This document shows positions 51,447 to 61,580 of a DNA stretch of 64,000 nucleotides, in pieces. How positions within the stretch are numbered: position 1 is the first letter of the stretch; every line of letters begins with the position of its first letter. Made by a program: the position numbers and the translations under genes. Origin of the DNA: Candidatus Heimdallarchaeota archaeon (GTDB lineage: Archaea; Asgardarchaeota; Heimdallarchaeia; Hodarchaeales; Hodarchaeaceae); contig JBHLSH010000001.1 in NCBI GenBank assembly GCA_048881705.1, forward strand, positions 1 to 64,000. Direction: 5' to 3'. The notes beneath the pieces are model-generated. The model had not been told where the DNA came from. It made no database searches and saw nothing but the letters and a program-made list of their open reading frames with translations.

Positions 51447-53057
51447 TTGGCTGATGAGGTAATTTTTTTTTCAGATTCCCATATATCAAAGTACACAGGT
51501 CTATTTCATGAAAAAGTGTTCAACATGGGGGTTAATCTAGTCAATGAAATTCTTAATGCCCGACCCAATGCTTTTTTATTGCATCTAGGGGATATTACCG
51601 ATTCTGGGACGTATGAGGATTTTCTTTATGCAAAAAACGTACTAGATGCGAACTTTTCAAATATCGAGCGATTCTATACAATTCCTGGAAATCACGATAT
51701 GCGAAACATCGGATATCAGCTCTGGAAGGATTTCTTTGGGGAGCGTCAGTTCTTTATTGACACGAGAGAAGATGGAGGAAACATGCTCATCTTGGGAATA
51801 GACTCTTCAGAACCTGATGCGAATACTGGGATGATAGGAGATCGAGGCATAGAGGCCATTTGTGAATTAGCGAAGTATCCTGAAGATATGGTAAAGATAC
51901 TATGTTTTCATCATCATTTCCTTCCCATTCCAAATACAGGGAGGGAACGGGCAATGGTTCTAGATGCTGGCGATGTAAGGGAGGTTATTTGGGATGCAGG
52001 AATTGATATTATTGTTACCGCACACCGTCATTATCCAAATGTATTTTCTCTTTCAAACGGTGATAGAAGACTTTTGTTAATCAATTCGGGCACTTTCAGC
52101 AGTTTTAAAACGCGTGGAAGGGCGGGACATACCTTTGTTCATTTAAAGATGAATGAAAATCGTATCAAACTGAAGTTTATGGGTATCGAGGCCTATTCGG
52201 AATTCCTGCAACCCGCTCAATTTACTCAAGGTATTTCCAATGGTGAAATCACGACATACTCTCCATATGTTTTGCCTGAGGATAAGATATTGACAAAGAT
52301 CTGTCAATTTTCTGACACCCATTTTACAAATGGTAATGATTTTCTCCCCGAAGTTTATGATTTAGGCATTAAAATGATGGTTAGAGAGAAACCAAATCTA
52401 CTAGCCCATTGCGGGGACCTAACCAATGATTCGTATCCTGAGGATTTTGCTCTTGCTAAAATGAGATTACGTGAACTTCGTGAAAGTAAAATACCGTATT
52501 TAATTGTACCTGGGAAACGTGATCTTCAACCATTCGGTCGCGAGATGTTTATTGAACAGATTGGCCCGCTTGATCCCATCTTTGAAGATCCTACTGTACG
52601 CGTGGTTGGCATCAACACAGGCCCCGATGATTCAGGACATGTGGGACGTAGCCGACTTAAGATGATCCAAAGGGATTTTCATCAATATGGGTCATACAAA
52701 TTCTTTGTTGTGGTTATGCATCACTCAACGCTACCGATCCCCCGAGCAAAATTCAAGCGGAGTGTCCAAGATGCAGGAGATGTTATTAGTTTTCTTACAG
52801 GAAACCAGGTACCTCTCGTTCTTTCAGGGTTCGAACACTATGCAACCACATTACAGGTTGAAAACACCGTATTTGTGAATTCTGGAACATTCTCCAGTAG
52901 AAAAATTAGGTCACGACGATTAAATACGTTTGTGGTTATCACTGTGTACGAGAGTGGGATGATGTTGGTTGAGGAAATTGAAATCCATTCAGGATCACGT
53001 CATAGATTAGGTATTTTTAGGGTTCCACTAATACATATGAGGGAACCCAATCAATAA
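51447..53057 (+). CDS. Tandem calcineurin-like metallophosphoesterase (two CpdA/Icc-like domains)
   Basis: Domain 1: SDSH, LGDI, PGNHD, HHH, AHRH. Domain 2: SDTH, CGDL, PGKRD, HHS, GFEH. TTG start. Confidence 0.85.
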   Translation: MADEVIFFSDSHISKYTGLFHEKVFNMGVNLVNEILNARPNAFLLHLGDITDSGTYEDFLYAKNVLDANFSNIERFYTIPGNHDMRNIGYQLWKDFFGERQFFIDTREDGGNMLILGIDSSEPDANTGMIGDRGIEAICELAKYPEDMVKILCFHHHFLPIPNTGRERAMVLDAGDVREVIWDAGIDIIVTAHRHYPNVFSLSNGDRRLLLINSGTFSSFKTRGRAGHTFVHLKMNENRIKLKFMGIEAYSEFLQPAQFTQGISNGEITTYSPYVLPEDKILTKICQFSDTHFTNGNDFLPEVYDLGIKMMVREKPNLLAHCGDLTNDSYPEDFALAKMRLRELRESKIPYLIVPGKRDLQPFGREMFIEQIGPLDPIFEDPTVRVVGINTGPDDSGHVGRSRLKMIQRDFHQYGSYKFFVVVMHHSTLPIPRAKFKRSVQDAGDVISFLTGNQVPLVLSGFEHYATTLQVENTVFVNSGTFSSRKIRSRRLNTFVVITVYESGMMLVEEIEIHSGSRHRLGIFRVPLIHMREPNQ

Positions 53058-53128
53058 GGCAGCTCTAGTTATGAATCTGTATTCAGACGTCACCATATCT
53101 TCTAGGCGGTAAGGGAAAAAAGGTGTCC

Positions 53129-54268
53129 CTATCGTGATTGTTTTCGATAGGAACTGATAATAACGATGATTAATCCTAAAACTGGATAAAAACCTTGTAG
53201 GACTGGGGTAAATGTAGATCTGACCATCTGGGGGACAGAGTTTGGATCCAAAGGATCACTTTTCAGATCTAATTCGACTTTATCTCCATAGGAATCATTG
53301 TCTGAATCAGATCGATTAGGAAAGGTGCCAATCTCCCATTCAAGTTTCGAAGAAAGGCCATCTTCGTCAGGATCTTTAGATGGAGATTCCGAATCCGTAG
53401 CATTTAGTGAAAATTGATATTCAAACCAATTGGGAAGATCATCTTGGTCAGGATCATTATGATCAAAGCGGTACATGAAATTCGGAAAACCATAGTTACT
53501 ACGATCTGTCCAAAACATAATATCCAGATTATGATCATCAACGGGCATATCACTTTTATTGAAGCCCCATAGACGCATCCATGTCAAATCCTCATAATCT
53601 AAGATGGAGTATGCGGCACTTCCATACCACGATTTAGGAACCTCACCTCCTTCCAGATGTTCTCCCCCGAAAAGGTGCGCTAATTCATGAAGTAGCATCA
53701 ATTGAGGTGTGGTCCACAAGCCTGGCTGATTATGGGCAATAATGAATGAATTTCCCAAGATAGCATTAGCATGATTTCCGCCTCCGTTGTATTCTTTTTG
53801 ATATATCATAAGAATGTCATATCCATTTTTCTCCAGATCTGGACTATTTATCGTTGAAGTCGGAAGCCAAGGGAGATCAATTTGAACGGCAGACATTGTA
53901 TCAAAAAGGGAGTCGTTCTCGTCAGGTGTGAATAACCAGATTTTTGCAATATGGATGTTGATCCCAAATTTCTTTTCAAATGGAGTCAACCAGGTTTTGA
54001 ATAGCCGTTGAACCGTCGAACGATTAAAAAAACTACCCAAACCGAACAGACTGTCGTCAAGTGCCAGGAGGGCCGCAATCGATCCGGTAGGCCTATAAAT
54101 ATGGGATGGTAATATTGTAGAAACACCATCCGAATTCAGAATTGCTTTATGTGGAAAAACAAGAGCGGAAGGAAGGAGGATCGAAAACATAACAAGGCAG
54201 CTGAAAACTACAGATTTCATCTTATCTGGTCTCATAATCATGGTAAGGAACTGAGCCAAAGAAACCAC
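53129..54268 (-). CDS. Exported, C-terminally anchored metzincin-like zinc metalloprotease with acidic Ca-binding-like repeats
   Basis: N-terminal hydrophobic signal, HELAHLFGGEH, repeats DPDQDDLPNWFE / DPDEDGLSSKLE / DSDNDSYGDKVE, C-terminal TM followed by RKQSR. Confidence 0.8.
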   Translation of the reverse strand: MVSLAQFLTMIMRPDKMKSVVFSCLVMFSILLPSALVFPHKAILNSDGVSTILPSHIYRPTGSIAALLALDDSLFGLGSFFNRSTVQRLFKTWLTPFEKKFGINIHIAKIWLFTPDENDSLFDTMSAVQIDLPWLPTSTINSPDLEKNGYDILMIYQKEYNGGGNHANAILGNSFIIAHNQPGLWTTPQLMLLHELAHLFGGEHLEGGEVPKSWYGSAAYSILDYEDLTWMRLWGFNKSDMPVDDHNLDIMFWTDRSNYGFPNFMYRFDHNDPDQDDLPNWFEYQFSLNATDSESPSKDPDEDGLSSKLEWEIGTFPNRSDSDNDSYGDKVELDLKSDPLDPNSVPQMVRSTFTPVLQGFYPVLGLIIVIISSYRKQSR

Positions 54269-54290
54269 CTATTTTAACAGCGCAGAGGAT

Positions 54291-54887
54291 TCAAGAAGAG
54301 AATAGAATCACCAATTCCCGTGGAGATATCTTTCTTTCAAACTTGACAGCGAAACGGTATTTTTGGAATATCTTTATCAACTGACCAAGATCTTTATGAG
54401 GTACCAGGATATGGAATGGTGCAGATTGAAGCCGGCTTTCTATCTGTATACGTCCAATTCGATCATATCCCCTGCCACGAAGTCTTCTTTCCCACTGGTC
54501 AAATTTGATCGATTTCAAGTCCCTGTACCGTAACTTGGTCAGTTGATACAAGTTTCTTTTGAAAATACTAGACGAAAAAGATCCAACACCGTATAGAGCC
54601 GCATGCTTATCCAGTTGGATCAGTTTATAATGTCTAGGAAGAAAAACTATCAGAAGAAAGATCCATGCGACAATGAGCACACCTATTGCTAGCCAGCCAA
54701 ACAATAGAAAGGAGAAAATGCCAATTACGATTGAAAATAAGACCATATCTTTTATTAATCCTTTTGTATCATGGGCACGACAGTAATAAATCGTGTTCTC
54801 AGCGTAAGGGGGATAAAACTGGCCAGGACTTAGCTCTTGGTCCTTACTAATCGCCATTCTTAAGTATTCGACAATAAATTCAAACAT
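54291..54887 (-). CDS. Hypothetical membrane protein (two TM plus soluble C-domain)
   Basis: 198-aa ORF, hydrophobic hairpin at about residues 48-83. Confidence 0.65.
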   Translation of the reverse strand: MFEFIVEYLRMAISKDQELSPGQFYPPYAENTIYYCRAHDTKGLIKDMVLFSIVIGIFSFLLFGWLAIGVLIVAWIFLLIVFLPRHYKLIQLDKHAALYGVGSFSSSIFKRNLYQLTKLRYRDLKSIKFDQWERRLRGRGYDRIGRIQIESRLQSAPFHILVPHKDLGQLIKIFQKYRFAVKFERKISPRELVILFSS

Positions 54888-54914
54888 TTAAACCCTCTGT
54901 GGTGAAGTTAAAGA

Positions 54915-55577
54915 TTGAACTTGTACTCCAGCCAAGATAGGGATCGACAACGAATACTTCTGGTTCGACACGGACAGAGTGAAGCCAACGCCCAGCGGAT
55001 ATACCAAGGACAGAATGACTCTCCGTTATCATCACTGGGAAGAACTCAAGCTGTGGATTTGGCAAAGCGATTGAGAATCAATGGTTACAGTTTTGACCAG
55101 ATATATTCATCTGATCTCATTAGAGCCGCTGAAACAACTCAAATAATTCTCACACAAATGGAAACTGTAGGTTGCCCGGTTATTTACACTCCGTTGCTGA
55201 GGGAAATGGATTTAGGGGCGTATTCAGGAAGAAAAATGGATACGCTTAATGCAGACGAGCAGGCGTACCTTGATACGATCTGGAAGGAACGATCAAAGCG
55301 ATTTCCTGGTGGGGAAAGTGTAAACATGCTGGTGCGTCGTTTGATGGAGTTTATGATTAGGGTAGAGAATTTACCGACTTCATCAGCCACTATCTTGGTT
55401 GTGACACACGGAGGTCCAATCTATCATATCTTGAGCTCCATTTTAGGATTATTAGAGGGATTTTCCTTTGGTTGGTTTGAAAACTGTAAGGTAAATGAGG
55501 TTGAACGAATCAATAGCGCGTTCAAGGATCCAGAATGGAAGTTACTGACAATAAATGATAATCCATGGTCTGAATAA
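54915..55577 (+). CDS. Histidine phosphatase family protein (PGM / CobC-like)
   Basis: LVRHGQS, YSSDLIRA.ETT, LREMDLG, GGES, VVTHGG. Confidence 0.9.
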   Translation: MNLYSSQDRDRQRILLVRHGQSEANAQRIYQGQNDSPLSSLGRTQAVDLAKRLRINGYSFDQIYSSDLIRAAETTQIILTQMETVGCPVIYTPLLREMDLGAYSGRKMDTLNADEQAYLDTIWKERSKRFPGGESVNMLVRRLMEFMIRVENLPTSSATILVVTHGGPIYHILSSILGLLEGFSFGWFENCKVNEVERINSAFKDPEWKLLTINDNPWSE

Positions 55578-55726
55578 AAGTAGATCCATTCAATAATCTA
55601 AAATAGCTAGGATACTGGCAGAGGTTACGAAAGCACATATTTTTATATCTTAGTATGGCTTAGAAGGCATTCCCGAATTCTACTAAGGGTGAAATTTGTA
55701 TAGGAATAAGGATGATTTTGGAACTA

Positions 55727-56593
55727 TTAAAATTTACTAGTAAAAGGAAAACTAGATTGTCTAAATTCGATTTCTTGCTCATTATGGAAATCTATTTTCT
55801 GAACAGTACTGAGGAATTTTTCAATCAGACATACTGAGATGGTCAGAGTCAGAAACGGACTCAAGAAATCATGAGAAATAATGTGATATTCGTGTAGGTT
55901 TGCTAGAGCGGTATCAGAACTAGTCCAGGTTAATGCGAAACAAAGATTATTATCCGAATCTGTGATCTGGCATGTTCTTGAAAGCAAATACTCCTTATTT
56001 CCTCTTATTGAAAACGCCTCAACAGGAGCTTTGACTCGTAGGAGCCCGAACTGAGTTCTTATCTTTCCAAGGTTGAAAAGAATGCCAGATTCATCTATAA
56101 ATTTGCCTCCTGGAAGTTTTACATTAACCTGGTCATTACTTAACTTCCCCAGGATCTGCCAGGTAATTCTACCGAACAGGGGAATCTGCCCTCTGATTTC
56201 TCCTAGATTTATTCCAGTTAACGTCTCAACACGAAACGAATATAGATTGGCAAGTTCTACAAATGCCGTGACTATTATTACAATCGGAATTAAAAGCGAA
56301 GGAAGGATAAAAAAAAGCCAGATTGGTTCAAACAGGAAATTTAGAAGATTACTATTTATGGGAATTAGGATTGATGAATCTGGATAAATGTCATCAAGGA
56401 TTGCAATACATACTAGTAGTGTAAATATCCAGATAAGCTTCTTTAAAATAATCACTAACCTAACAAATGGGCGTCTCCCCCCTATTATCCTTATGAACTC
56501 ATGTCCGTTCACGACTCTAGTATTGTACTCGATTTTGCCCTCTTTTGCTGATCTTTGTAATCGGAAGGCTGTCATCGTGAGAATCTCACCCAA
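55727..56593 (-). CDS. Hypothetical membrane protein with a beta-rich, possibly scramblase/LURP-like C-domain
   Basis: Two TM segments, then a run of short beta strands ending in the hydrophobic helix PFLTLTISVCLIEKFL. Confidence 0.65.
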   Translation of the reverse strand: MGEILTMTAFRLQRSAKEGKIEYNTRVVNGHEFIRIIGGRRPFVRLVIILKKLIWIFTLLVCIAILDDIYPDSSILIPINSNLLNFLFEPIWLFFILPSLLIPIVIIVTAFVELANLYSFRVETLTGINLGEIRGQIPLFGRITWQILGKLSNDQVNVKLPGGKFIDESGILFNLGKIRTQFGLLRVKAPVEAFSIRGNKEYLLSRTCQITDSDNNLCFALTWTSSDTALANLHEYHIISHDFLSPFLTLTISVCLIEKFLSTVQKIDFHNEQEIEFRQSSFPFTSKF

Positions 56594-56797
56594 TTTTCGC
56601 TTGGGATCTGAAAACTAAATACGCACAATATTCAAAGCTCTATGGTTATTTGAACCTACGTATTTACGAAGTAATTTCAGGAGGAAATGAAAAGATGTCC
56701 TAATTATGGATTCTACGGATTTTTCCGATGGAAAATCCACCATCTTTCTCAAAAAGAAAATTTAATGGCCAAAATGTTTAGGAAATGCCATTATTCG

Positions 56798-57778
56798 TCA
56801 TAAAAATACAGATTCTTCAGACTCGGGATCAAATGAAAGAATATCTTTTGTTAATAAAATACGAGCCACATGGCCCGTTTTACCGTGAATAGATGTTGGG
56901 AGTCGCAGTAACCGACGGAGATCGATGGTTACTTTGTGATCGATTCGCGGGGCCCATCGTCGAAGGATTTCATCATATTTATTAATCTTAGCGAGATTCA
57001 GATTGAATCTCCGCATGAAATTTTCGTCGATTAGTCCATCCTGATGTTTTAGTTGTCGAATTACATCAGATGCGGTATTTGCACTGAATCCCAGCTCGAT
57101 TAGATCTTTTCGCTTGATATTTCTAAGAAAATACCTAAAAACAGTTTGTTCAATACGTTTACGAAAATCATATCGGAGTTTTGTCCGATCATGAACACGA
57201 GCAGTCTCTCCTTCACCATGGACAATTGACATATAGTCCACAATCGCCTTACGCTGTTCCTGATCAAGATTAAACCCAATATCGTCTTTTATCCACCCGT
57301 GGACTCCTCTACGTCCAGAAAACACCCATGTTATGTTTTCTAGCCCAAAATCCATACGTAAGGTTTCATCGATGATTTCGATTGCAAGGGTTATCAATTG
57401 CCAACAACTGTGACAAACCTGTTCTGCTCCTTGGCACGAGCAGATGAACTTCCGAACCGCATCATAGTCTGTGAGATCGAGATCAAATACTAACTCATGA
57501 CCCCTCCATTCGAGAGTGTGGATTGGTGTCTCCCGTGTTGGGGGAGTATCAAAGACGGCACCAACATATACGTCCGTCGGGGTTCGGTCAACCAAGAAAT
57601 CGACAAATTCATGAGGTGTTTCAAACGAGAGGTTCCGAAAGAATTTTCCGTGTAGGCTGATAAATCCAAACTCCCTATATGAGAAATTAGTGAGATCAAT
57701 AATATCAGATAAGTCTTGGAGGTCAAAATAAGACGCGTAATAATCACGGATCAGTTGTCGTTTCTGGTAAAGGGTCAT
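56798..57778 (-). CDS. priS: DNA primase small (catalytic) subunit
   Basis: REFGF, ELVFDLDLTDYD, CSC..VCHSCW, FSGRRGVHGW, RIDHKVT, LLRLPTSIHGKTG. Confidence 0.95.
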   Translation of the reverse strand: MTLYQKRQLIRDYYASYFDLQDLSDIIDLTNFSYREFGFISLHGKFFRNLSFETPHEFVDFLVDRTPTDVYVGAVFDTPPTRETPIHTLEWRGHELVFDLDLTDYDAVRKFICSCQGAEQVCHSCWQLITLAIEIIDETLRMDFGLENITWVFSGRRGVHGWIKDDIGFNLDQEQRKAIVDYMSIVHGEGETARVHDRTKLRYDFRKRIEQTVFRYFLRNIKRKDLIELGFSANTASDVIRQLKHQDGLIDENFMRRFNLNLAKINKYDEILRRWAPRIDHKVTIDLRRLLRLPTSIHGKTGHVARILLTKDILSFDPESEESVFL

Positions 57779-59028
57779 TATACCTCACGTGTCTCGTCAC
57801 TAGATGCCGATTTAATTTCAGATGCGGCCAAACTCCACTGCAATGGATGGACAATCTTACGAGGAGCAGGCCGACCATAAACAATCCGAAAGAACCAAGT
57901 ACATGCTAGTGTAGGATCGCTTCCACTCCTCCCAACAATTCGAGTAATTTGGTTATGTGGAGTTGACCGGGGATTACTACGATTCAGTGCATTAGCCTTT
58001 AAGTATTTTGTCAAAAGATCGGGGGCGAGATGAACAAACGGACAGAAATATCCTGTAGCTATCGTGGAGCATTTTGGAACGTGATAATCGGTACGACCTC
58101 CCTCAAGTCCATACAAATGCCTTATTTGGTAACCCGCCTGTCGTTGGAATGTAGAAAAACTCACTCCAACGTTGTCTACTGACTTTTCATACCAATACTG
58201 GAGCTGCTCGTCTACAGACATTCCCGTTTTTTTCAAAAAAAATCCCAATTGAAGGCGATGGACATGGGTCAGCCTACCTGAGCGTTCAAGTTCCATAGAA
58301 AGGTATGCCATGCACGGTGGGAAGAGCTCGGGATTTGTATGTAGATTGTACCCTTCAAGGTCAATTTCTCCAAATTGTGATCGAATTTGAACATGCTGTG
58401 CTAAATGTTGTTCAATTTCTTGAACAACTTGGTCAATATCCTCACGAAGACCTAATAGATTCTGAGCCTTCTCGATTTCGTGTTCAAACTTTTGTTCAAA
58501 GGCTTTCTTGAGACTCCCCCTAAAATCGGTTTCACTCGATATTACCCAGCCTTTACGCAGATACCCTCGCCTATTGGCTACCATCCAGGGGACTTGAGTA
58601 AAATGTACACAGATGATGAAATCTCTACGCGAACCTCCTTTCTGGCCAAAATGAATATCCTCGTACAATTGGGTAAGGTGGGGATTTTGAGACTCGTCCA
58701 TGATCGATTTAAATTCTTCATAATGCATAACATTTTCCGAACCAAAGATTGCCTGGAAAAATCTAGTTCGTTCTTCATGTGACTCCACACGATCAAAGTA
58801 TAATTGTTGGAATAGATCCCCTTCCGTTTCGATAAGCCACGCTTCAAGTCTTCTATTGGTTGCAGCAACCAACCGAAGTAAATATGCGCCCAATAAATAG
58901 TTCTTATAGATTTCGGGGAGACCAACATCATGGTAAGGGAAAGTATCGTGGATCACTTGTGAGGGATTTCTCGGAAGATCTTCAAGTAATTTGATTCGAT
59001 CTAGTGCCAACTTTTTCCAATCCAACAT
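57778..59028 (-). CDS. priL: DNA primase large subunit
   Basis: FPPCM, H..RLQLGFFLK, YQIRHLYGLEGGRTDY..PKC, FCPF, LAC (4 Cys of an Fe-S domain); stop overlaps the priS ATG. Confidence 0.93.
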   Translation of the reverse strand: MLDWKKLALDRIKLLEDLPRNPSQVIHDTFPYHDVGLPEIYKNYLLGAYLLRLVAATNRRLEAWLIETEGDLFQQLYFDRVESHEERTRFFQAIFGSENVMHYEEFKSIMDESQNPHLTQLYEDIHFGQKGGSRRDFIICVHFTQVPWMVANRRGYLRKGWVISSETDFRGSLKKAFEQKFEHEIEKAQNLLGLREDIDQVVQEIEQHLAQHVQIRSQFGEIDLEGYNLHTNPELFPPCMAYLSMELERSGRLTHVHRLQLGFFLKKTGMSVDEQLQYWYEKSVDNVGVSFSTFQRQAGYQIRHLYGLEGGRTDYHVPKCSTIATGYFCPFVHLAPDLLTKYLKANALNRSNPRSTPHNQITRIVGRSGSDPTLACTWFFRIVYGRPAPRKIVHPLQWSLAASEIKSASSDETREV

Positions 59029-59360
59029 GTCAAGACTGAGGTCAGGAGGGGTTTTCAGTATGAACCAGTCTGGTAACGACAGCGTTTATCCCTTCATGCC
59101 AGGATTAGAGTGGAATAATTAAGAGTAGATAAGAGCTGAGCTTCAATACATACAACTCGAGGTTCCCTTATTAAAGAACATGAAAAAACCTCATACGAGA
59201 CCATATAGCTAATAATTCATAAGGTAAGGAAACAAGAAAACGCCTGCTTAGCCATCACTATATATACTACTATACGTTTTAGTTATCCTTCTGATATCCT
59301 TTTCCTCTGAAGAGGTGAATAACATTAGTTGACATTTACCGGCAATACTGTATCGATAAG

Positions 59361-59924
59361 ATGAACCTAGTAGAACGGTTTATCTCCAGAGAGTCCGGAC
59401 AGGTATTGGATGTGGGCTGTGGCAATGTCAACGTACCTGGACTTCAATACTGTTATTGGCGTTTAAGGGCAAAATATGACGTCATCGGAGTTGATATCCG
59501 TCCGGGACAATACGAGAATGTCCTAAAAGCCTCGGGAACCCATCTTCCCTTTGCTAGTCGCTCGTTCAAATATGTGGTCTCATTTGATGTAATTGAACAT
59601 ATTAAAGATTTTTCAGCGGTCATTAAAGAAATGTTACGGGTGGCAAAGCATCGGGCGATAATCATAGTTCCGTCAACCTCACGGCCCACGGTACGAAAAG
59701 CGTTAAATTGGGTTCGACGTATGCTCGGAGGTGCGGGCTCAGATCTAGGTGAACTTGTGTTACAAGGTCATTATTACGAGTTTTTTCCTAATGAAATCCT
59801 TTACTTCAAAGGAGAAGCGTTTGAGGCCTTTCATCTTACCTTAGATTATCCCATATACGGCCGAAATTTACTCCGTAGAGCTGGGGTCATCTTTGCGGGG
59901 TTGTACATTTTTGACCGTTTATAG
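59361..59924 (+). CDS. Class I SAM-dependent methyltransferase
   Basis: VLDVGCG, IGVDI, LPFASRSF..V.SFDVIEHI, EMLRV. Confidence 0.88.
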   Translation: MNLVERFISRESGQVLDVGCGNVNVPGLQYCYWRLRAKYDVIGVDIRPGQYENVLKASGTHLPFASRSFKYVVSFDVIEHIKDFSAVIKEMLRVAKHRAIIIVPSTSRPTVRKALNWVRRMLGGAGSDLGELVLQGHYYEFFPNEILYFKGEAFEAFHLTLDYPIYGRNLLRRAGVIFAGLYIFDRL

Positions 59925-59969
59925 CCATTTCTCCCTAGTTATCTTGAAATCAGATGGTTTCCCAGAGAG

Positions 59970-61118
59970 ATGCCTATGAATATTGTGGAACTTCTTTTTA
60001 CTCAATTTGGCCCCCTCTTTTATAATGGAATCTTTCTCGGATTATGGTTACTCTGGTTTGTGTATAATTCTAACGAGAAAGGAATGCCTTTGCGAACTAG
60101 GTTCAGTACTTATCTCAAAAACCCACTATGGTTTTATTTGATAACATCGGGCCTAATTATATTGTTTCTCTTCCTAGTACTCTCCTACGCAATTCAAAAT
60201 ACGGACGTCGATGATGCTATTACATCTGGGGTTCAAGCCTTTTTGGCAGGCAACAACCCGTACAAGGAAGAAGTGGTAATACATCATCTGCCATCTGGAA
60301 TAACCTATGGCTTTTATCACTACTTTCCACCGGATTTGTTGTCATACAGTCTATTTTATCTTTTAGGGGGGAGATTACTCGTGTCTCTCTTGGACACATA
60401 TTGGTTTGTCCCATTCCATTTCATCCTCCTCATTCCTTCTTATTGGTTCGTATCGCGAATTGTAAACTGGCCGAATGGCCGCCGACTCCCTTTTTTCGGA
60501 TTATTAGTTTCCCCGTTCTTGTTTACAAATTCCATATTAATGTTATTCTTTTTTTTGATTGGATATTATCTCTATGAGATCCAAGAAAAACACACCCTAG
60601 GAATGACCTTCTATGTACTAGCAGCTTCAATAAAATATATGGTTGGCTTTATTGTTCTGTTCTATTTAGTTGAAAAACTTAGACTTCTTCTAAAGGAAGG
60701 TCTGCCCGCCTCGAAATGGACGTACATCCATGCAAATTTTGGTCCATACCTACTAGCGGGCATCACCCTTGCCGTTTTTTCACTCCCATTTGGTCTCGTT
60801 GATGTAATTATAGCCGTGTTTTTCTACCAAGGCCTGCTATCGTTCCGAAGTGAGGTGGCCCAATCTCAAGGACCATTACTAATCGAACTCATTCACTGGG
60901 GGGCATTAGATCCTTTTTATATTGGTTTTGTTGTCATCATTCTTATCAGCGCTTTTTTTATGGCACGAAAACAATCTACGTATAGCCAGATACTGCATTT
61001 TTCGTTTCTGGCGATGATAATCTTGCCATTTTACGCGACAGAGCTCTTCATTACCGTTCCCTTTTATTGGTGGTTCAAGGAAGGACAGGATGTAATGATA
61101 GAGGAACGGAATGTCTAG
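59970..61118 (+). CDS. Polytopic membrane protein, possibly GT-C fold glycosyltransferase (GT87/DUF2029-like)
   Basis: About 10 TM; loop DVDDA..FLAGNNPY..YHYFPP; LAASIK motif. Confidence 0.55.
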   Translation: MPMNIVELLFTQFGPLFYNGIFLGLWLLWFVYNSNEKGMPLRTRFSTYLKNPLWFYLITSGLIILFLFLVLSYAIQNTDVDDAITSGVQAFLAGNNPYKEEVVIHHLPSGITYGFYHYFPPDLLSYSLFYLLGGRLLVSLLDTYWFVPFHFILLIPSYWFVSRIVNWPNGRRLPFFGLLVSPFLFTNSILMLFFFLIGYYLYEIQEKHTLGMTFYVLAASIKYMVGFIVLFYLVEKLRLLLKEGLPASKWTYIHANFGPYLLAGITLAVFSLPFGLVDVIIAVFFYQGLLSFRSEVAQSQGPLLIELIHWGALDPFYIGFVVIILISAFFMARKQSTYSQILHFSFLAMIILPFYATELFITVPFYWWFKEGQDVMIEERNV

Positions 61119-61160
61119 GAACAAAAAACCTTCAATTCCCCTCCCAGACTAATGATGGAC

Positions 61161-61394
61161 TCATCTAGTGTTTGCAATAGTAGAGATAACAGAGATACTT
61201 CTAACTGAGAATCTTTCATCCACATATAGGATGCGAACGTGTTCTTCATCATTGTCAAGACCATGGATGTCCACAACCTGACAGACCCCCGAAATCGATG
61301 GTTTGTAATCTTTTTTCCTCATTTTAAGGGGAATTGCTTTTTTGCAAATGGGACATGGCTCACAATTAAGGGCCACAAAGTCACCTTTGGACAT
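61161..61394 (-). CDS. Small putative Zn-binding protein
   Basis: CPIC..DIHG..EEHVRILYVD..VRS. Confidence 0.65.
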   Translation of the reverse strand: MSKGDFVALNCEPCPICKKAIPLKMRKKDYKPSISGVCQVVDIHGLDNDEEHVRILYVDERFSVRSISVISTIANTR

Positions 61395-61580
61395 TTTCTA
61401 CGTTCCTTTAGACTTTTCCTGCTTTTTTAGTATGCCTACGAAGGCTTTCTTAAACCTTTCTTTATAAGATTAGTTAAAACTCCTAATTCCAACCGAGAAA
61501 TCTGGAAATGAGTTTTGGAAAGGTTTTTAAATGTAATTTATGGAGTATTCCTCAGTTTAAGTCGTTAGTCCCTGCTAAAG

